A DNA stretch of 10,525 nt from Gemmatimonadota bacterium (GTDB lineage Bacteria; Latescibacterota; UBA2968; UBA8231): assembly GCA_038128265.1 (NCBI GenBank), contig JAYPJE010000088.1, positions 1 to 10,525 of the forward strand, in the 5' to 3' direction. The position numbers were made by a program, and so were the translations under genes. This document shows positions 6,295 through 10,525 of this stretch, one piece after another. The notes beneath the pieces are model-generated. The model was given only the letters and a program-made list of their open reading frames with translations. It was not told the origin of the DNA and did not search any database. Every line of letters begins with the position of its first letter. The first letter of the stretch is position 1.

Positions 6295-8643
6295 TCAATA
6301 GGCTACGGCAATGCTGCGCAAAACCGTATCGTCGGCAGCCGCGGTCCCCGCGTCGATGCGACACAGGTACATGCCCGGCGGCACGCGCTGCCCCGCATCG
6401 TCCGTGCCGTCCCATCGATAGCGCTGCTCGCCGCGGTCGATTGCGCCAACCAAGGTGGCCACCGGCCTACCGCTGAGGTCGAAAATGGCCACAGTGGGGA
6501 CGGTCGCGGTGGCCTTGTAGACGACAAAGCGTATTTCCACATCGTCGTTGCGACCGTCGCCGTTGGGCGTACAAAGCGGTGGCTGAATGCGCAGGTCGCC
6601 GACCAGATGCGCACGAGCGGGCACGGCGGGCAGATAGACGATATGGGCGCGGCGCGAAGCCGGCTCGACCGACTGCCAGATCCCCGGTCGGGCGCGCAGC
6701 CCCAAATCGACGGCAAAGAGCGCTGCATCGTCTACCAACCGCGCCTGCAGGCCGATTTGCAGCGAATCACCGCGCACGGGTTCGGCCATGTATACAAAGA
6801 GCGAATCGCCGCGGTGCTGCACTTCGTAGTCGGCGTAGTCCACTCCGTCCATGCGCACAAAGCGAATAGCGCCCGGCACACCCGGTACGGCTAGGCGCAC
6901 TGCGTCGAACCCGCTATCTGCCCCTATAGAGCGCGGCCACAGCGTATAGGTAAAATCCGTCTCGGCGTTGGCCTCCGCCTGGCGCGGTTCGATCCGCCCC
7001 TTGGCCTCGTGCAGCAGGGCGTCTTCAAACTCCACTTCTAACGCGCGCACCTGCGGCGCGCGCTCGGGCACATCGGTGCTCAGAATCATCTCGAGCTGCA
7101 CGTAGCGGCGCGGGCTGGCCGACTTAAAGCGCTCGCCGGTATACTGGTATACATTGCTCCAAGCATCCCAATCTTCTCCCACCACGAGCGCGGTATCTAC
7201 CGGTCCCTTGAGCACGGCCGGCAGCGACTGCCAGCTCTGCTGCGTAATGACCTCGCCCTTCCTATCGTAAAACGCATAGACCGATTCCAGCGCATTGCCC
7301 GAGCGCGAGCGAAGCTGCAGGCGGGTGCCCTCCGGCAGCTCGGCGTCCCAGTGCAGCGCCTTGATAACGCGCGGTCGTCCATCGCCCGACACGGCGGCCA
7401 AATCGATAAAGTCCGACCGCATATCCACCTGCGCCGGATAGCCATCGGAAAACAGCATGGCCTCCAAACCCCAGCCGGACGCCTGGGGTTCGTCGTCTAT
7501 CTCGTGCCAGAATAGATAGCGCACTTTGCGCGGCGCAAATAGGTAGCGCGGGTGAAAGATCGAACCGCTGCACTCGGGGCGACACCGATCCTCTACCAGC
7601 AGGTCGTAGTCGACCTGCTCGGGCACCGGCAGACCGTTGCCCACCGCCATACGGCCGTCGGAGACGAGGAAGCGCCCGCCCGCCGCCGATGGATTTCCTC
7701 CCTGCACCTGCGAGCGCAGCCCTTCGCCGCGCTGGCTGAAATAGACGAATAATTCATCGATAAAGAACACGGCGCCCAGATCGACGCGCCACCAAATACC
7801 CGCATCCAGCCAGCCTCCCTCGGCGCTTTGCAAGATGGCGAAGGAATCCATATCGCCATCAAATAGATTGGCCGCCCCCGTCGTGCGTCCCCCCTGCAAA
7901 AAGCTCCCGCCGCGCAGCGCGGTGCCGAGTGAAACATTGTCGCCGACGGCGAGCACTTCTACTTCGGCCAGCGACGCATCTTCGCTCTTCTCATCGACCT
8001 CTATGATGATATATTGAACCACGCGATAGCCGCTCTCATAGGCCCGATTGATAGCGCGCTGAGGATCGAGCAGGTAGGTGCTGTCCGTAGTTGCATACGC
8101 CAAGGGCAGCCGCACTTCCGTTTGCGCGTTGGGCTTGGGCGTGCGGTAGAGCGGGTCGAACTTAAATAGATCGTCGAGCGCGTCGATGCGTGACCCAGCG
8201 GAGACAAAAACGCTGAACTGGCGCAGCGGGCGCGCGCCGGGACGGTCGGCAAAGTGCAGGCGAATTTCGCGTGCCAGCACCGGTCGCCCCAGATCAATTT
8301 GCACCGACCACTGATCGAGCGGATCGTCCGCATCGGGCTTCCACGCGCTCTGCACGTCGCCATCAATCAGCCGCTCGGCCGTCGCCGCACCGCTCTTGGC
8401 CTCCCAGATGCCGCCGCTGACCGGACCGCGCTTTTGCGTGGCGTGACTAAATAGCGGCGCATCGGCGGCGGCATTGATATCCTTGTGGAAACGGCGCAGG
8501 CCCAGTGCGCCCCCCTCAAACAGAACCAAATCCTGCGGCCGCTGCCAGCTCTGCCAATCGGCCTCCTCGGCAAAGCGCAGGCGGTCGGCAAAACCCTCCA
8601 ATGCGGAAAACAGCACCAGCGGAAGCCAAATAAACCGGCGCAT
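6295..8643 (-). CDS. Large secreted protein with two discoidin/F5-8-like modules and C-terminal FlgD-Ig/CHU_C-like domain
   Basis: 782 aa. Sec signal MRRFIWLPLVLFSALEGFA; two xxDGD...W-x-x-DLG modules; C-terminal TPNGDGRND...IFDLSGR...WDGTDDAGQRVPPGMY...IAVAY. Start overlaps the upstream stop (TAATG, 8641-8645). Confidence 0.8.
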   Translation of the reverse strand: MRRFIWLPLVLFSALEGFADRLRFAEEADWQSWQRPQDLVLFEGGALGLRRFHKDINAAADAPLFSHATQKRGPVSGGIWEAKSGAATAERLIDGDVQSAWKPDADDPLDQWSVQIDLGRPVLAREIRLHFADRPGARPLRQFSVFVSAGSRIDALDDLFKFDPLYRTPKPNAQTEVRLPLAYATTDSTYLLDPQRAINRAYESGYRVVQYIIIEVDEKSEDASLAEVEVLAVGDNVSLGTALRGGSFLQGGRTTGAANLFDGDMDSFAILQSAEGGWLDAGIWWRVDLGAVFFIDELFVYFSQRGEGLRSQVQGGNPSAAGGRFLVSDGRMAVGNGLPVPEQVDYDLLVEDRCRPECSGSIFHPRYLFAPRKVRYLFWHEIDDEPQASGWGLEAMLFSDGYPAQVDMRSDFIDLAAVSGDGRPRVIKALHWDAELPEGTRLQLRSRSGNALESVYAFYDRKGEVITQQSWQSLPAVLKGPVDTALVVGEDWDAWSNVYQYTGERFKSASPRRYVQLEMILSTDVPERAPQVRALEVEFEDALLHEAKGRIEPRQAEANAETDFTYTLWPRSIGADSGFDAVRLAVPGVPGAIRFVRMDGVDYADYEVQHRGDSLFVYMAEPVRGDSLQIGLQARLVDDAALFAVDLGLRARPGIWQSVEPASRRAHIVYLPAVPARAHLVGDLRIQPPLCTPNGDGRNDDVEIRFVVYKATATVPTVAIFDLSGRPVATLVGAIDRGEQRYRWDGTDDAGQRVPPGMYLCRIDAGTAAADDTVLRSIAVAY

Positions 8644-10525
8644 TAGTAGGCCAATCCCAACGGGCTAAATTGCCGCATAGAAGCGCCGTCACCGACCACC
8701 TCAATGCCTACTAAATACAGCCCCGGCGGCAACAGCCTACCCGCCTCATCGCGCCCGTCCCAGCGCACCTGCTGTGGACCCGCTCGCTGCACGGCATTGG
8801 GCACGCGCACCAAGCGCTGCCCATCTAAGCCATAGATGCACAGCGCCGTGGGCACTGCCTCGGGCAGCTGAAAGAGCGCGTAGCGCACGTCGACCACATC
8901 GTTGACGCCGTCGCCGTTAGGCGTCAGCACGGCGCTCGATAGTTCAAACGAGCGCAGCACAGAGCCGCTCGAGGCTTGACTGACAACCACGCGCAGCGTC
9001 TCGGTGCCCATCTCATCGCTGGCATTTCCAGCCTCTAGCGGCTGCGGCAATAGCTGGCCTGCCGCATCAAATACTTCGCCGTCAAAGGTCCACGCCAGCG
9101 CATATACCGATGCGGAAAAGCCGACGTACACGGTCTGGGGATGATCCGCATCAATGCGCTGCGGCAGGTGCACTACGAGATCTCCATCGCGCTGTTCGAC
9201 GCGCAGAGGCTCAACGGTCTGAAGCGCCGAACCAATCGCCAACGAGCGAAAGGCGGTCTCGCTGCCCGTGCGGATGCGCAGCGCGTTAAAGCCGTTTTCA
9301 CCCCCCTGAAAATCGGCGCGGATCGCGCAGGTAAAGTCCGTTTGGCGGCCCGCCTCGACCTCGGTAAACCCGCGTGCCGGATGCGGATCATCGGCGCGCA
9401 CGACCTCGGCGATGACGCGCTGAGCCAACAGCGGAGCCGTATCGACCCACAGCGAATCGAGGCGCAGCAGCGATTCAAAATCGTCGCTCATGAGCGCAAT
9501 GCGCAGCTGGATATGCGAGCCACCGCGCAGATCTAATGCGCTGCCCGATGCGCTGATGGGCGAAGTCCAATAGGACCAGTTGTCGCGATCGTATTGAATG
9601 GATGCACGCATGCCGGGCCGGGGTTCGCGCACCAAACCGGCGCGGTAGCGCGGCTGTAGTTCGAATTCGTAGCGGGCGCGTGAGACGACCTGCTCGCCGC
9701 CGCGATTGGTATACTCGTAATAGATATTAGGATCGCCGTCGCGCCCCGTGCGCACCTCTATTTCCACGCCGACATCGGCTGCGTCGACCTCGACCAACTG
9801 GCCTGCGACCATGCGCATCGGCGTGGCCGCCCAGTGCAGTCGCCCCCAGTTGACCGACTGGCCGAGATCAAAAATATCGGTGCGGTATATCGCGCGGCGC
9901 GGAACGCCCTGACCAAAGAGCTCGAAGTCGCCAATGGTGCCTGCAAACGCCGCCCCCGAACCGACCTCGCTGGTCAGGCCCTGCGCCTGATCCAAAATGG
10001 ACTCGAGGCGCTTATAGCGGATAAATCGCACGTACTGGCGGGGAAATTCAATTTGCACGCGCGGGGCAAAGTTTTCCGAAACGGATGCTATGACCTGCCC
10101 GATCGGCTCGTAGGGACCATCGTCTAGCCAATCGGGCTCCCCCTCGGCTGCGATCGACACCTCGTAGGCCGGCACGGCGTCGAGCGCGAAGGGCGTCCCA
10201 TCGCTGCGATAGCCGCGCGGCGGCGTAAAAAAACCAAAGCGATGCGCCGGTATCGGCACGCCCAGGTCGATCGTATACCATACGGAGCCCGCACTCGATG
10301 ACACGGGAGGATTGAAGGTCATGCTGTCGCCATCGACCATATAAGTGCCGTTGTGCGCCGTCGTCTCGTTGCCCTGACTGCCCTTCCACGAACGCGGCAC
10401 TTCGCCGTCGACAAAGTCGATCTCGCGCGGCTCGCGCAGCGGCTTCCAACCGCGCAAATGCGAAAAGGCGCTGGCGTCGGGCCTGATGTAGACGGGCCGA
10501 ATCGCTGCATCCGACACATCGACGA
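8643..10525 (-). CDS. Paralogous large protein with discoidin-like module and C-terminal FlgD-Ig/CHU_C-like domain; 5' end probably outside the window
   Basis: The frame stays open past the GTG at 10517 to the window edge (..VDVSDAAI), so the true start probably lies outside. MVDGD...WYTIDLG module; C-terminal TPNGDGVND...IYGLDGQ...WDGRDEAGRLLPPGLY...LGLAY. Confidence 0.8.
   Translation of the reverse strand, partial: VDVSDAAIRPVYIRPDASAFSHLRGWKPLREPREIDFVDGEVPRSWKGSQGNETTAHNGTYMVDGDSMTFNPPVSSSAGSVWYTIDLGVPIPAHRFGFFTPPRGYRSDGTPFALDAVPAYEVSIAAEGEPDWLDDGPYEPIGQVIASVSENFAPRVQIEFPRQYVRFIRYKRLESILDQAQGLTSEVGSGAAFAGTIGDFELFGQGVPRRAIYRTDIFDLGQSVNWGRLHWAATPMRMVAGQLVEVDAADVGVEIEVRTGRDGDPNIYYEYTNRGGEQVVSRARYEFELQPRYRAGLVREPRPGMRASIQYDRDNWSYWTSPISASGSALDLRGGSHIQLRIALMSDDFESLLRLDSLWVDTAPLLAQRVIAEVVRADDPHPARGFTEVEAGRQTDFTCAIRADFQGGENGFNALRIRTGSETAFRSLAIGSALQTVEPLRVEQRDGDLVVHLPQRIDADHPQTVYVGFSASVYALAWTFDGEVFDAAGQLLPQPLEAGNASDEMGTETLRVVVSQASSGSVLRSFELSSAVLTPNGDGVNDVVDVRYALFQLPEAVPTALCIYGLDGQRLVRVPNAVQRAGPQQVRWDGRDEAGRLLPPGLYLVGIEVVGDGASMRQFSPLGLAY

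Noticed and set aside
6139..6894. 251-aa + strand ORF
   Set aside because: Antisense to two well-supported genes, with no motifs; typical high-GC shadow ORF.
10515..10517. GTG as the start of the 624-aa protein
   Set aside because: The frame is open to the window edge and no signal peptide follows, unlike its paralog; the true start is probably upstream.
1057..10519. Remaining short ORFs in the track (60-192 aa)
   Set aside because: All overlap supported CDSs in other frames or on the opposite strand and show no recognisable domain.
6295..10525. Annotation as flagellar hook-capping FlgD
   Set aside because: Only the C-terminal Ig-like domain is similar; the proteins are much larger, one has a Sec signal, and there are no flagellar genes nearby.
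1..10525. CRISPR array, tRNA/rRNA, IS or integrase, DNA tandem repeats
   Set aside because: The only non-coding stretch over 25 bp is 883-1127; no spaced repeats, cloverleaf or transposase/integrase motifs were seen by eye.

Overview
GC-rich bacterial window, almost fully coding, with seven genes in three blocks. (1) A minus-strand Cys-type sulfatase (1-882) runs off the left edge and is missing from the ORF track. (2) Divergent from it, behind a near-consensus sigma70 promoter, is a coupled pair: an exported peroxiredoxin-like thioredoxin-fold protein, and a lipoprotein fusing a c-type heme domain, a PHM/DBH-like two-copper monooxygenase domain and TPRs. (3) A convergent minus-strand operon holds two paralogous large proteins with discoidin-like modules and FlgD-Ig/CHU_C-like C-termini, a DUF6785/DUF6784-type polytopic membrane protein, and a PhyH-family Fe(II)/2OG dioxygenase. 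The gene content resembles Ca. Latescibacterota or related FCB-group genomes (inference). The best candidates for uncharacterised systems are the redoxin + heme-c/Cu-monooxygenase module and the exported-protein/transporter/dioxygenase operon. No RNA genes, mobile elements or CRISPR arrays were seen. All family assignments come from motif recognition, not database searches.
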